Below are positions 12,701 through 25,869 of a stretch of 64,000 bases of DNA, one piece after another. The stretch covers positions 30,878,001 through 30,942,000 of the forward strand of contig CM052816.1 of the NCBI GenBank assembly GCA_028534125.1, in the 5' to 3' direction. A program made the position numbers and the translations under genes. The stretch's first letter is position 1, and the number at the start of each line of letters is the position of its first letter. The notes beneath the pieces are model-generated. The model did not search any database, was not told the origin of the DNA, and saw nothing but the letters and a program-made list of their open reading frames with translations. The stretch comes from Lama glama (Eukaryota).

Positions 12701-15700
12701 GCAGATAATGTAAGAAGCTGAAATATTTTGGTAATTGAAGAGTAACAATTCACTCTGTGCCTCTGAACAAAGTAATATTTAACTCCTAAGATTATCCCTC
12801 TAGTATTTCTCTGAAACCAGGACTTCTTCTTACTACACAGCTTGTGAAATCACCATTATAAAGCACTTTGTAAAATCATCCTCTTTTATACTGGCAGCAG
12901 AATATTTATTCAATTTAGTCAGCACTTTGCTTACTCTAATCCTATAGGATTAGATCACTTAAAAGGAAGTTTCATTTTTGTAAGTTACTTAATGCAGACC
13001 TGACCAGAAAAAGAAACAAAAACCTAATAGTAAAATCTCCAAGAAGTGGTATAAACAGCAACAGAAATGAGAGGCTGTGGATTCAATGACATGTATTAAA
13101 AAAAAACAAACCTCATTACTGCCAGAAAACATTTCCCGATTCTTTAATTGGAAAGTACTTGAAAGCTAGGTATTTGGAGAAACATGCCTTGGTACACTGC
13201 ATGAATTTAGTCTGAATTAAGAAAAACACGGACGTTTTCTTTATAGAGAGTTAAAAAGGTGAAATGACTGAGATGCAGTTACCGGCAGCCCAGCTGACAC
13301 ACAGGAACAGATAAAACATCACTTTGTCATCAGCTTCATGGCTTTGGCTTAATGGATGTTTACAGAAAGAAGAGGTTCAATGTGTATAATTATTTGATTA
13401 TATCACACTGCTGTGTAGAAGTTCTGATAGAAAGAAAACAATTTGAACTTCCTTTCTCGATACCTATTTATTTGCTTCTAGCATCCCTTTTTCCTCTCAT
13501 CACCAAAGACCTACACATTTTACTAAATGCAAATTTAAAGCCAATGTCAACTAAAATGGATTCCCAATACCACAAAAGACTCAAGAAACCATGCATTAGC
13601 TAGGAATAACTGAATATTCCATCAACTGATAGGCAGCCATCTAAATTAATGCAAACCCAAAAATGTCTTGCCTAAGAGAAATCCAAGTTATTCTTCAGGC
13701 TACTGATGAGCACTAACATCTGAAATTGTGTTACAATGCTCAACTATGAGTGGTAAAATCTGTTTAGATGCTCTGCCAGGCTGCCTCTGCAGGCGGGTAA
13801 GACAGGATCATGGACACCCCAATGTAAATACCCAAGGATGGTATTTAGTTGTCTTTTTCATTATTAAGTCACTGGAATAAAGTTATAGATGATTAACAGG
13901 ACCAATATCTTCCAGACGAATAAATATTTCTAGAACTGTGATTTATCTCAAAACAAAAAAGCCCGTGATATAATCATAGCAGTAGATAATTGATGGTGTT
14001 ACACTGCAGGCTCAGAAAACTCAACTTACATATGCTGGGCTTAGTGCAGCCAGTTCAAAACATGTCTCCTTTCTCACTTCGCCGCATGAAGGAAGACTAA
14101 TGTTTCTAGATCAATCAAAATGGCAAGTATTTATTGGGATGAATGAGAGAATGGGATGTAGTGGGAGCAGAGGAAACTACTGTGGCAAATGTCCCTTCTC
14201 TCTCTCTCTTTATATGTATTTCCTTTCATGGGTCTTAGGGGTATGAGAGGGCAGGAAATTGCTTGGCCCTTCCAATGGAGAAATGGCGTGCTGTGAGAGA
14301 CCTGGGTCCCTCTGTCTTCCCTTCCTCTGGCTCCTCATCTTCTCCTGTGACTGACGAGGTAAGCTGGACTTGAGTCCTTTTTCGCAAAGTGAGCGGACAA
14401 TGGGTGATCTATTAAAGCCCCTTTCTAGACAGAGGAAAACTGACTTGTTTTTACCTCATATAGTCTAGACAGAACACACTTTACCAGCAAAGCCATAAAA
14501 CCTGACCTAGGAATTTAAAAGTGGGTGTTTCAACTAACATGGTTGTAAATCTCAATTTTTTTTTTTTTTTACATACTCCTACTTGCTGACTAAAAGACCA
14601 CATGAGGTTTGGCCAAAATGCTTGCTAGTAAGAACTGTTCCTTTGCCTGACCTTGTCTCCTATTCAACTTTTTTTTTTTTCTTTTAAGGAACTGAGAGAG
14701 GGAAAGAAAGAAAAGAGCTGGAAAAAGAGCACTCCTCCTTCACAGCTTGATACTTCTGCTTCTCTAATTAAATACCTACTGGAACTGCCTTGAAATTCAG
14801 AATGGAGTGAATTTTTCTTCTGTTTGTTTTTTTCCTGCATCACATTCACCGTTTTAAAATTTTAGACAAGCAGAACAAAAGAACAATTTAAATACTGCCT
14901 CTCTCAATATCATTTACCTAAAACTGGGATTACTTTGGAAACAAAGGTATTTTCATATATTTAGTGTAAAACGGGCTTCAAATGCTACAGTCAAAATCCA
15001 GAGAAATGATTATGCATGTGGATTTAAAAACAGACTTATGAGATTAATTTTAAACACACTAACAATCGACTTTTGTAGGATAATAAGAAGTAGAGAAATG
15101 AGTCTCCTGGAAGAAACCAATATCCAAGAACTCTTCTCCAACACACATACCTTTTGATACATCAGAAATCCTCGCTTTTAACCCCTGGCCAGTCAAAAGC
15201 AAAGACGACATACAACATCAATTAATATGGAAAATGACGCTGATTTATTTGTGGGAAAAATTACCTACACAAATGAATTTTGAGGAGTATAAAGCTTACT
15301 CAAAAGCGTATTTTCTCTCAGAGATTGAGCTTTAAATCATATTATCACTAATAAAAATTCATAATTTATCTTTTTAATCATACTATATTTACTTTGAAAA
15401 GTTTATCATTCACCGCCCCCCACCTTTTTTTGACCAGGTCATCTTCTTAAATATATTTTTAAGTAGTTTTTAAACAGCATCAAAATGCCCTGGGTATTAG
15501 CTTCTCCCTAATATAAATTACACATCCATGGATTTGGAAGTTACACTGCAATTTTATGGAATGTCTTACAGCAAGAGTTATATCTGGGAGTTAATGTTTT
15601 GAACTCCCTTCTGTGGTTGATCCCCTGATAAGCCCCACTTTGTCACAGAATCTTCCTTTCACAAAGGGTCTGGTGATGATTCAATAATAACACAGCACCT

Positions 15701-16120
15701 TTCCCCTCACAGTCCCAATTCCAGAATGGAGAAGCATGCACAAAGAACACTGGTCAGTTTCAGGGTGCCATCACTTTGAGATAGTCCTAAATGATTCCCT
15801 TTCTGTTTAACCAGAGAGAAATGACAGCGTGTACTATATTTTGGAAAACAAAAATGCGGACAATAAAAAAGCCTTCATTTTTGTTCATTTTTAGCTTTCA
15901 TAGGTCACATAGGATGCAACTTGCATTGGAATCTGGAGGTGAATCACCTCTATTGATGTTTCTTTACTAAGAGACTCAGAATAAAACAGGATCAATGTGA
16001 AATATACCTGATAGGTATTAATGTTTGAAATCTACTAGATTGCATCTTTCATTTTCCTATTGGGTATTCCTTTTTACTTATTTTATAATTTGACAAAGCT
16101 CTTTGTGGTGGAGGTACTAG

Positions 16121-16868
16121 TGTACCATGAAGAATATTATGGATAAGAGCTATCATCTCCAAACTGAGTCTCCCTAAAACCAAGTTTCGCTACCAAGTTT
16201 TTGATTGACTTCTCTACTCTAAACTTTACTTTCTTTCTTTTCCTGAACATGTTTCCCTCAAGACTGAGAAGTATCAAAGAAAAGGGGGTTTGAAATCACA
16301 TACAAGCCCCTGTGTCCCAGTCCTTTGTAGTAAAAGGATGTTACTTTAGTCTCCCAGGCCTCCCCTAAGTCTCAAGAGTTAATGATTAAGAAATGTGAAG
16401 ATGTAAAAACAAAGAGTAGCTGTTGGGCCAGGAAACTTGTAATAATTTCTACTATAAATCTGCCACATAGCAGAATCATTGAACTCCCAGTTCCCTGTAA
16501 GATATAAAGGTCTGACACACATTCCAAAATAGTTTTTAAAGGATGCGGACTACCCCCACCCCCCGCAGATGAAAACTGCTGACTGCAATCACAAAGACTC
16601 TAGACCAGTTGAAACTAGAAGGTTGATGATGCTTGAAACTTCACTTTATGCCAATTGATCATGCACCCTGCAACACCCTCCCTCACACTCCCTTTGAAAC
16701 CCCTTTCCTGAAAGCCATCAAGGAGTTGGGGTCTTTTGAGCATGAGCTGCCCATTCTCCTTGCTTGATGCTTTGAAATAAATGCTGTACTTTCCTTCACC
16801 ACAATCCAGTATCAGTAGGTTGGCTTCACTGTGCATGGGTGAATGCAGCCAAGTTTGGGTCTGTAACA
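16121..16868 (+). mobile_element. Solo LTR, probably ERV1 class and artiodactyl-lineage
   Basis: Ends 'aataaatgctgtactttccttcaccacaatcc...ccaagtttgggtctgtaaca' (polyA signal, terminal CA); 5' boundary and TSD not resolved. Confidence 0.75.
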
Positions 16869-17364
16869 GTCTCACTTCCCCTATTCCCATTTGCAGCTGC
16901 TCATGAGACACACAACTTCAGCTTGTAAATTATTTTATTTCTTTGTTCTTGAAAGGACAGGTAGGAATAATGTTAAACTGTAAATCCTGACCAGCTTCAT
17001 TTAAAATAAAGCTTTCTGCTAATATTAAGGAAATGAAAAAAATGACTACTGTGTACCATCATTATTTAGGTGTAAAAAGAAGGAGCAAAGGAGATTTGTA
17101 CAAAGGAAAAGGAATTTCCAAGGTATTAAAGATACTGATTTTTTTTTTGATATTGACTTTCATAGCTTTAAAATCATGCTTTTTAGTAACAGTAAACAAA
17201 AAGGTTCCATTTAAAAGAGATACCACATAGGGTTGAAAAATTAACTGCTAATGGTTCTTATTTAAAAGTCCACCTTAAATTATCTCATTAAATACCTCGT
17301 TTGTGTCAATTTTCAAATACATTTACATCGCTACTTAAAATTCAATATTTGCATGTTTAAATAA

Positions 17365-17835
17365 AGGCCTGAACACCAATGTTCACACAGCTTTATTTAC
17401 ATTAACTCAAAGCTAGATTCAACCGAAATACCTATCAACTTTTAGATGAGTAACAAAAATGTGGTGTACCTATGCAATGGATACTACTTGACAGTAAAAA
17501 GAATGGACCATGATATCAGTATAACACAGAGGAATTCCAAAACATTCTGCTCAGTGAATGAAGTCAGCTACACATAAGTGCATACTATCACTCCATTCAT
17601 ACTAAATTCAGGAAAAGGAAAGCTAGAGTGACAGAAAGCAGCCCAGTGATTGCCAGGGACCAGGGTTATGAAGAGGGATCAAAGAGGTAGGAAGGAGATT
17701 TTTGTGGTGATGGAAATGTTTATATCTTAACTGCAATGATGACATCATTCTGTACATGTATCAGAAATCATCTAGCTGTATACTTAAATTGGGTCAATTT
17801 TATTGTGTCAAACTGTTTTTCAATAAAGCTGATTT
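17365..17835 (+). mobile_element. L1MB/MC-type 3' end
   Basis: 'gacagaaagcagcccagtgattgccaggg' and 'ggtgatggaaatgttt'; ends 'tcaataaagctgatttttaaa'. Confidence 0.8.
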
Positions 17836-18192
17836 TTAAAGTTCAGTAAATTTCTATCAAGGAGATAACAGACTAAACCAGACAGCCCTGAAAATAAGGT
17901 TAAAAAACTAGTAACAAACATGTGCACAACTAGCTCCCAAGAACAGTTTCTGCCAAAAGTAAAGTAAACAAGTAAAAATATCAGTTTCACCACAACCAAG
18001 CCATACAAAAGGGGGATAGTAATTTTAACTAATTTTTAGGATTTCTAAAAAAATTAAATTCAGTGTTTGACACACTTAACAGAATAACTGACACACGGCA
18101 AGAACTCAAAATTTTAACTATTTTCTACCAAGGCAAATTCTTTAAAAGCAGTTCATAGAATTAATACAGATTTTTTTATGCAGTGTAATTAC

Positions 18193-20172
18193 TTTTTTGG
18201 TTGAAGTATAGTCAATTACAATGTGTCAATATCCGGTGTACAGCACAATGTCCCAGTCATGCATATACATACATATATTTGTTTTCATATTTTTTTCATT
18301 AAAGGTTATTACAAAATATTGAATGTAGTGCCTTGTGCTACACAGAAGAAATTTGGGGGGTTCAATCTATTTTTATACATAGTGGGTAACATTTGCAAAT
18401 CTCTAAACTCCCAAATTTATCCCTTCCTACCTCCTTTCCCCTGGTAACCATAAGATTGTTTTCTATGTCTAGGAGTCTGTTTCTGTTTTGTAGATGAGTT
18501 CATTAGTGTCCTCTTTTATCCTTTTCTTAGATTCCACATATGAGTGATATCATATGGTATTTTTCTTTCTCTTTCTGGCTTACTTCATTTAGAATGATTA
18601 TCTCTAGGTCTATTCATGTTGCTACAAATGGCATTATTTTATTCTTTTTTATGGCTGAGTAGTTTTCCATTGTATAAATATACTGTAACTTCTTTAACTA
18701 GTCATCTATTGATGGACATTTAGGTTTCAGGATGCAAGATTAACATACAGAAATCAGTTGCATTTCTTTAACTAACAATGAATTAGCAGGAAAAGAAAGT
18801 AGAGAAACAACCCCTACTAAAATCACATTCAAATCAACAAAATACTCAGGAATAAAACTGATCAAAGAGGTGGAAGACTTATACATGGAGAACTATAAAA
18901 CACTGATTAAGGAAATTAAAGATGACTTAAAGAAATTGAAAGATATCCCATGCTCTTGGATTGGAAAAATCAATATTGTTAAAATGGCTATGCTACCCAA
19001 GGCAATCTATAGATTTAACGTGGTCCCTATCCAGTTACCCAGAACATTTTTCACAGGATCAGAAGAAATAATTCTAAAATTTATATGGAATCACAAAAGA
19101 CCCAGAATTGCCAAAGCAATACTGGAGAAAAAGAACGAAGCTGTAAGAATAACCCTCCCAGGCTTCAGACAATACTACAGAGCTACAGTAATTAGAACAG
19201 TGTGGCATTGGCATAAAAACAGACATATGGATCAATGGAACATAACAGAGAGCCTAGAAATAAATCCACAGACCTATGGTCACTTAATCTTCAATAAAGG
19301 AGGCAAGAATATACAATGGAGAAAAGACAGTCTCTTCAGCAAGTGGTGTTGGGAAAACTGGACAGCAGCATGTAAACTAATTAATTTAGAGTACTCCCTC
19401 ACACCATACACAAAAATAAACTCAAAATGGCTTAAAGACTTAAATCTAAGACAAGACACGATAAACTTCCTAAAAGAAAACATAGGCAAAACATTCTATG
19501 ACAAAACCTCAGCAACATTCTCCTTGGGCAGTCTACCGAAGCAACAGAAGTAAGAGCAAAAAGAAACAAATAGGACCTAATTAAACTTATAAGCTTTTGC
19601 CCAGCAAAGGAAACTGTAAGTAAAACAAAACAGCCACCAATGGAATGGAAGAAAATATTCGAAAATGATATGACTGACAAAGGTTTAATTTCCAGAATAT
19701 ATAAATAGCTTATAAAACTTAGTAACAAAAAAAACCCCAAACAACTCAATTCAGAAATGGACAGAAGACCTAAACAGCAGCTCTCCAATGAAGACATACA
19801 AATAGCCAATAGGCACATGAAAAAATGCTCAATATCACTAATTATCAGAGAAATGCCAATCAAAACTACAATGAGGTATCATCTCACACCAGTCACGATG
19901 GCCTTCATTCAGAAGTCCACAAACGATAAATCCTGGAGAGGATATGGAGAAAAGGGGACACTCCTCTGCTGTTGGTAGAAATGTAGTTTGGTGCAGCCAC
20001 TATAGAAAATTGTATGGAGATACAGCAAAAAACTAAAAATAGACTTGCCATGTGATCCAGCAATCCCACTCCTGGGCATATATCCAGAGGGAACTCTAAT
20101 TTGAAAAAATACATGCACCCCAATGTTCATAGAAGCACTATATACAATAGCCAAGACATGGAAGCAACCTAA
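18193..20172 (-). mobile_element. 5'-inverted (twin-primed) L1: 3' end on minus (18193-18726), inverted ORF2 segment on plus (18727-20172)
   Basis: Orientation switches at 'gacatttaggtt|tcaggatgcaag'. The plus segment ends at ...gaagcaacctaa, exactly where the minus segment begins. Confidence 0.93.
18870..19553 (+). pseudogene. L1 ORF2 remnant (post-RT region, 227 codons), non-functional
   Basis: [11 protein letters not shown]...[25 protein letters not shown]...[13 protein letters not shown]; frameshift near 19500 and stop codons downstream. Confidence 0.93.
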
Positions 20173-20280
20173 TATGTCTTCTTAATTAGGCTTCCTAATA
20201 TTTTATTAGTCCCAACTACTACCACTCAGCCAAGAATCCTAATTTATTCAAATGATCCTGCTTTCTAAGTTGCTGCTATT

Positions 20281-20780
20281 CTTTATTCATTTATGTATTC
20301 AACAAATACTTACCAACTGATTTCCATGTGCCAAGCACTTTCCTGAGTGCTTGGGATAAAGTATTAAACACATCACATATAACCTTCTACTTTCACGGGA
20401 AGGCAGACATTAAAAAAACATATAATTAAATAATTAAGTCCAAATTATAAAAAGTGCTACAAATTAGAAGAATCTGGTATTGTACTGGATAATAACAAAG
20501 GGAGGTCATTTAGATTGCAATCTATGGGAGTCTTATGTAAGAAAGGAATATTTGAACTGAGACCTGCAAGATGGAGTCTGAGCAAAAGCATTCTGTGTAG
20601 AGAGGACAGCAAAGACCTTGCAGTACCCAAAAATTATGATCAACCCAAAGAGCTGGAAAACAGACAAAAACCAAATGTGCCTAGTGGGTAATGAGAGGAG
20701 AGGAAAGTTGCAGGAGATGAGCCTGGAGAGAGACACAGGCAGATGATGGAGAGGCTGGGGGGCCACGGTAAGGTCATCTT
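20281..20780 (-). mobile_element. L2 fragment
   Basis: 'tattcaacaaatacttacc...tgtgccaagcact', 'tttgaactgagacctg' and 'aggagatgagcctggagag'. Confidence 0.75.
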
Positions 20781-21192
20781 GCAGGTATACATCTACTTCA
20801 GGGAACAGTAATGTGTATCAAGTGGCTTCTATATAACAAACAGTTTCCAAGTGCTTTACATGAGCGATTTTGTTTAATCCTCATAATAACTCTATATGGT
20901 AGGTATTTATTATCATGCCCATTTGATAACACAGTCAACTACATTTAAGTAACATGCCCATGACAGACAGGATGCAAACAGCAAAGATAAGAATCTTAAC
21001 TTCACAACCCACCCACTTGACCACAAGGCTATGTAGCTTCTTCCTATGTTTTCCTGTCTCTCCATTGAACACTAGAGCATGTTGTAACGGCATCTACTTA
21101 ATTAATTGAAAAAGTCACACCATCTGCTGTGGAAGGAAGGATTATTGAGGAAGAAGAATGGGTGCAGGGAAAACAGAAATGAAGTGCATAGT

Positions 21193-21366
21193 CAAAGCCA
21201 GCTTCATGACACACAAACTATGCTATTGCACCAGACCTCACACTTAGAAGGGCACTGCTCTTGGCTTAATTATGCTGTGGCTGTCATGAAATTCTAAATA
21301 ATTATTCAACAAGGGTCCAGTATTTTTATTTTGCACTGAGCCTCACAAATTATATAGTTAGCCACA
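21193..21366 (+). mobile_element. MER45A/C-like hAT-Tip100 MITE
   Basis: 'gccagcttcatg...gaaattctaaataatt...ttttgcactgagcctcacaaattatatag' follows the MER45 consensus from end to end. Confidence 0.8.
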
Positions 21367-23540
21367 GCAATAGTCAATGCCAAAGATTCAAATGGCTTGG
21401 GTTTTTAGATTAATTCACTCACATCTGATGATCTGGAATGACCTCACCAATATCCTTCCTTGGGGGCTGAAGAAAATTGCCATTTATTAAGCACTGAGCT
21501 AGGCAAGATCCTAGAGCTTTACATATAAGATTCAATTAATCCATATAATCAATCTTTAAAGTAGATTCTATTATCAGGACTATGTTAAATGAGAAAACTG
21601 TGGCTCAGAGATGTTATGGAATGTGATATCCTGGTAGATGATAGAGCTCAGGCTGTAATTTCAAACCCATTCTTGTGACCCAAATCTTGTTCTAAGGCCC
21701 TGGTTTGCCCACCCTAGAGCTCCATTCCCATGCTCATGCTCTGGTTGGTGTGTCTCGCTATAGCTTGGAGCCTAGGGACCAACCTTTTAGTGTAAGCAGT
21801 CACCAGAGGTTGTCCTCCCACAGAAAACCCCCTATCATGCCTGCCCCTCCTGGAGCCCAGACTGACCATTTCCCAGACCCTAACGCTCTGCAAATTAACA
21901 GACATCTCTCATTAACATTTTTTAAAGAATATAATAAAGTACCATGAGCCAATTCCCCCGCAAAAAATTTGCAATGCTTTCTTCAAATCCTGGAATTGCT
22001 GGATCCAGAGCGTGACAGAACCACCAGGCACACAAGGTGACAACCACACAGCCTTTGTATTTGTGCATCTTTTCTGCCCACTGACAGTATCTGAGGATGT
22101 GGCAACCCACTTTCATTGAATCATATTCTACCTAAACTTTAGAGATCTGAGAATTTACCCAGAGTCAGAGAGAATCTTAATTTCCACTCCAATTTTCCTT
22201 AATCTCAGACAAAAGTTCATACGTTTCAGCTGAACTCTCCCAGTGGCAAACACAGCAGGAACATAAAAACCAAAATCAGTCCCGGAGGTGAATTCTCAAA
22301 GTTTTATAATCTAATGTAAACATTTTTGCAAAACACAAAAGTAAAATATGTCCTATTTACTGCCTAAATTTTGGATTTTGGTCACCTATTAAAAATAAGC
22401 AAAAAAAAAAAACCTGTTACAAACACATTTTTAAAAGCAAATTTTAGTTGTGATAAAGTAATTAATCAGCACAGTTTTCCTACCAATTTTTGGTTAATCA
22501 TACAAAGTGGAAATCAGTGTGGTAGCTCTAATTACATGGAACACTATTCAATATGTGTTGCAGTTGCTAATGAGAATTTGGTTCTCAAATTCTCCATTTC
22601 CATTCTGTTACATGCCTCAGAGGAGAAAACACAATTCTCTTACACTATTTTGAATACTGGATAACAATAAGACCAAAAAAAAAAAAGTGCTATCTTTTGC
22701 TGAGGTGAACTTAAAGATTTATCATTTCCCATTTACTGGATATTTATTGCTTAGGCCAGGTACCCACTTAAATTGCAACTTTTTATTCTTTTCAAGAATG
22801 GAGGTCTCATTCTAACATAGTCCTGATTTGTTCATTAGAAGCAAAAATCAGGTGACTAAGGACAATGCTACCTAATCTCATTCAAACTGAGCACTAAGCC
22901 TCCTGCACAGCTCAGAATGGAATTCAACTCGACACTTTTCTCTTCCATGAAATTGACAGTTTCAGTCTGTTGGAAAACTTTCCGGAACTCTGAGTTCCAA
23001 GAGAGACCTAAATGCCACCTGGGTAATCTCCCAATTACACTAAGTGGAATGCTTCACTGAAATAGACGGGGCTTTCTTCTCGCTTTCTGGTTTATTTAGC
23101 AATTAACACAGAGTAGAAACTTCTCTTTCAGACTAATATCCTTTATTAGTCATCAAATGGTTTTTTTTCACTCTGCCGTAACCATTCCCTGGGTGAATGG
23201 AATGAGTCATGAAGATTCCCACATTCATCTCTGCATGTCGTGAGTGCTGTGAGGACAGTACACTAAAGAAACAGGTCAGGATCGGGGGCATCCCAGTTAC
23301 TAACTACTGACGCAAACAGAGAAAAAGTCGAATTGAACTTGTTGAAAGGTGAAGAAATTATGAGGATGTTTGGAAACGGTGGTAAGCATGACACAAGATA
23401 TTTTTTAGAGAATATTAGAGCTAGTAATCCACATTATTTGCTCCATCAGTGACATGTCCTCCAAGGATGAAAGCTTTTAGGTCCTTAATTAAAAGTGAAT
23501 AGTCTTTTGGTGAATTAAAATTCTAGGTATAGGTCATAAC

Positions 23541-23670
23541 TAGGGTGATCAGGTAATTCATTACCTAAACAGAGAAATTTTTAAAAGTAAAAGGAAAGGT
23601 TAATAATTACCCTGAAACAGCAGGAAGAAAGTAGGATTCTCATGGGCATACCAGGAATGTACATTTTAAT
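23541..23670 (+). mobile_element. MER94-like hAT MITE
   Basis: Begins tagggtga; internal 'ttaataattaccctgaaacagcagg'. Confidence 0.6.
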
Positions 23671-23884
23671 CACAGATGATTTTTATCTTCAGTGCATACC
23701 CAGTGTAAGACAGACCACTCAAGAACTAAACACAGTGGTCCTGAAAAGAGGATACTGGACAATTTAAATCTAATAATTATAAAACTGTATATATACAACA
23801 TGTGTATTTAGTTTTTTTAGAAGCAGAACTTTGAGCCACAGTTCTAGTTTAAAAAAAAAGAAAAGTATCATTAAGCACACAGTC

Positions 23885-24210
23885 TTTACCGAAAATCAAG
23901 AAGGCCCAGAAAAAGAGGTTGGGATAGAAAAGAATCTAAGAAACATGACATGATAGAAGTGTTTGAAAGGCCTGGGGAGGTTTAGCCAAGGAAGAGAAGA
24001 TTCAGCAATGGCTCATGAAAACAATTTGTAAATCCTTTGAGGATAGTCATGAACAAGGGAGTTATATGTATTTTCTGTGCCACGAGAGGTCAGAGCAAGG
24101 ATTAAGGGGCATAGATCTTTAGCTCAAAGAAAGAGATCAGTTTTGAACAATGGAGACTGCTCAACAAAGGAACAGGCTATCATTTGAGTTAGTGAGTTCC
24201 AGCGCTAGCA
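23885..24210 (+). mobile_element. CR1/L3 3' fragment
   Basis: 'ggggaggtttagccaaggaagagaagatt' and 'aacaggctatcatttgagttagtgagttcc'. Confidence 0.65.
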
Positions 24211-24459
24211 GTACACAGGTAGAATTTGGACACTCATTTATCACTTTCTTAGAATATGTAATATATGCCAGGTGCTTTGATGAACAGTTAACAAGCAAAA
24301 CCCTTTTAAAAAATCCTGACAATCCTATATGGTGGTCACTATTATAATCATCTCTGTCATAAAACTTATAAAATGAGAAAACCTAAACATATCTAAAGAC
24401 TTGTATCTAGTAGATATGATACAGAATTCAACTAAATTGTTTTCTACATTTCCTCCTGT

Positions 24460-24905
24460 AGTCAAGATAATTTTCAAACCCTGATTTAAATTGTCTTAAA
24501 TAATAGGCAAGTACCTCAAATAAGGAGAAGTTCAAAGACAGCGTAACTATAGGTCTTCTGCTTTGGTTTTCTCTCATTATCTTGAATCTGACCTTCTCCA
24601 GGTGCTGGCTTCATCCACCTGTTGGTTGCAAGATACCACACTGATTCCAGTCATCATGTGCAGAAATAAGAGCATGCAGGAGCAGAGGAGAGAGCTTCCC
24701 ATGTGGAGCCTCATTCTTACATGTGAGAACTATTTCCCCGATCTAGCAGGTCTCCCCTCACATCTTATCAGCGATATGACCTCTAACCCATCACTGGCTA
24801 GAAGAATGCAACTATCATGACTGAATTCCACCAAGTAGGACTTATCCTTGATTCAAATGGGGGAGGCATGGGTACAGAGAAAACGTTTCTGTTAGTAAGA
24901 AGAGA
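24460..24905 (-). mobile_element. Old MLT1-type MaLR LTR
   Basis: 'aaaccctgatttaaattgtcttaaataa' and 'ctctaacccatcactggcta' resemble antisense MLT1. Confidence 0.5.
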
Positions 24906-24949
24906 GGTCAAGAGATATTAGTAGGATACGTGGTAGACCTTACAGTCTT

Positions 24950-25085
24950 ACAACTCAAAGTACCTACAGCGCTTGGGAGCTTGGCTAGAAATGCAGAATC
25001 CCGAGCTCCACCCCAGACCTGCTGGGAAAAAATTCTGTGCTTGGAAATATGATTTGTGTTTACATTAAAATTGGAAAAGGTCTTC
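24950..25085. mobile_element. MER5A-like hAT-Charlie MITE
   Basis: 'gggagcttggctagaaatgcagaatcccgagctccaccccagacct'. Confidence 0.75.
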
Positions 25086-25869
25086 TCTCTAATGCCTGCT
25101 ATAGGCAACCCTGATTGTGTCATCTTATCAAAGCATCCTATAAAAGAGCAAAATCACAATGAGAGAACAAAGTTTGAACTCGAGTTCTTGGTGTGAAATG
25201 CAGAGTGAAAAATCTCCTTCTCAGAACTCAGGCCAGCTATGTGGATTCTGGAAGTTTCAAATATTTGTATTAACACATGATGGCCCTCATCATGCCAGCA
25301 CCAAGGGTCTTCAGGAAGATTGTGTATATGCGTGTGTGCTTCTGTACACATATTTTCATCCTTTCTTCGGGTGTGAACCACCACAGTGCTCTTTTAAAAC
25401 ACTATACAATCACAAATAATGTTTGGCAATTTCACAGCCTCTTTCATCTGCAGACTGATCAAATGCTTTACAGATAACTGGCCTTTGGGGGGAAGGTGGG
25501 AGAGAGTGGTGATTTGTCAATTTGTCTTTGAGGTTGGCTCATTGGAGATAGCTAATATGCAAAAGACAACATGGCTCTGTGGAGCCTTTTATGGGATGCC
25601 ACAGTAATTAACTGGTTGCATTGTGGCCAAAGGTTATTATTTGAACAGCTGCTTCTTTACAAAGCCTACATAATCTGTAGCCAAAGGGTTATCAGGAAAG
25701 ACAAAAAAAGAAAAAGTTTGTTTACTTGTGATAGTGTTGTCCCTTTTCAGTTGGGAATTTATTTTATTCCCATGCAGGCCTTCTGCAGCTCTGCCCAGGA
25801 GTGGGAGAAGCATTTCAATCAGGTGACTGACATGCGAATACAGAGGGCTAGATTCTATTTAGAGTTTAC

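Noticed and set aside
18870..19553. Longest ORF (227 aa) as an active gene
   Set aside because: It is an L1 ORF2 fragment lacking the EN and RT core, frameshifted, and inside an inverted truncated copy.
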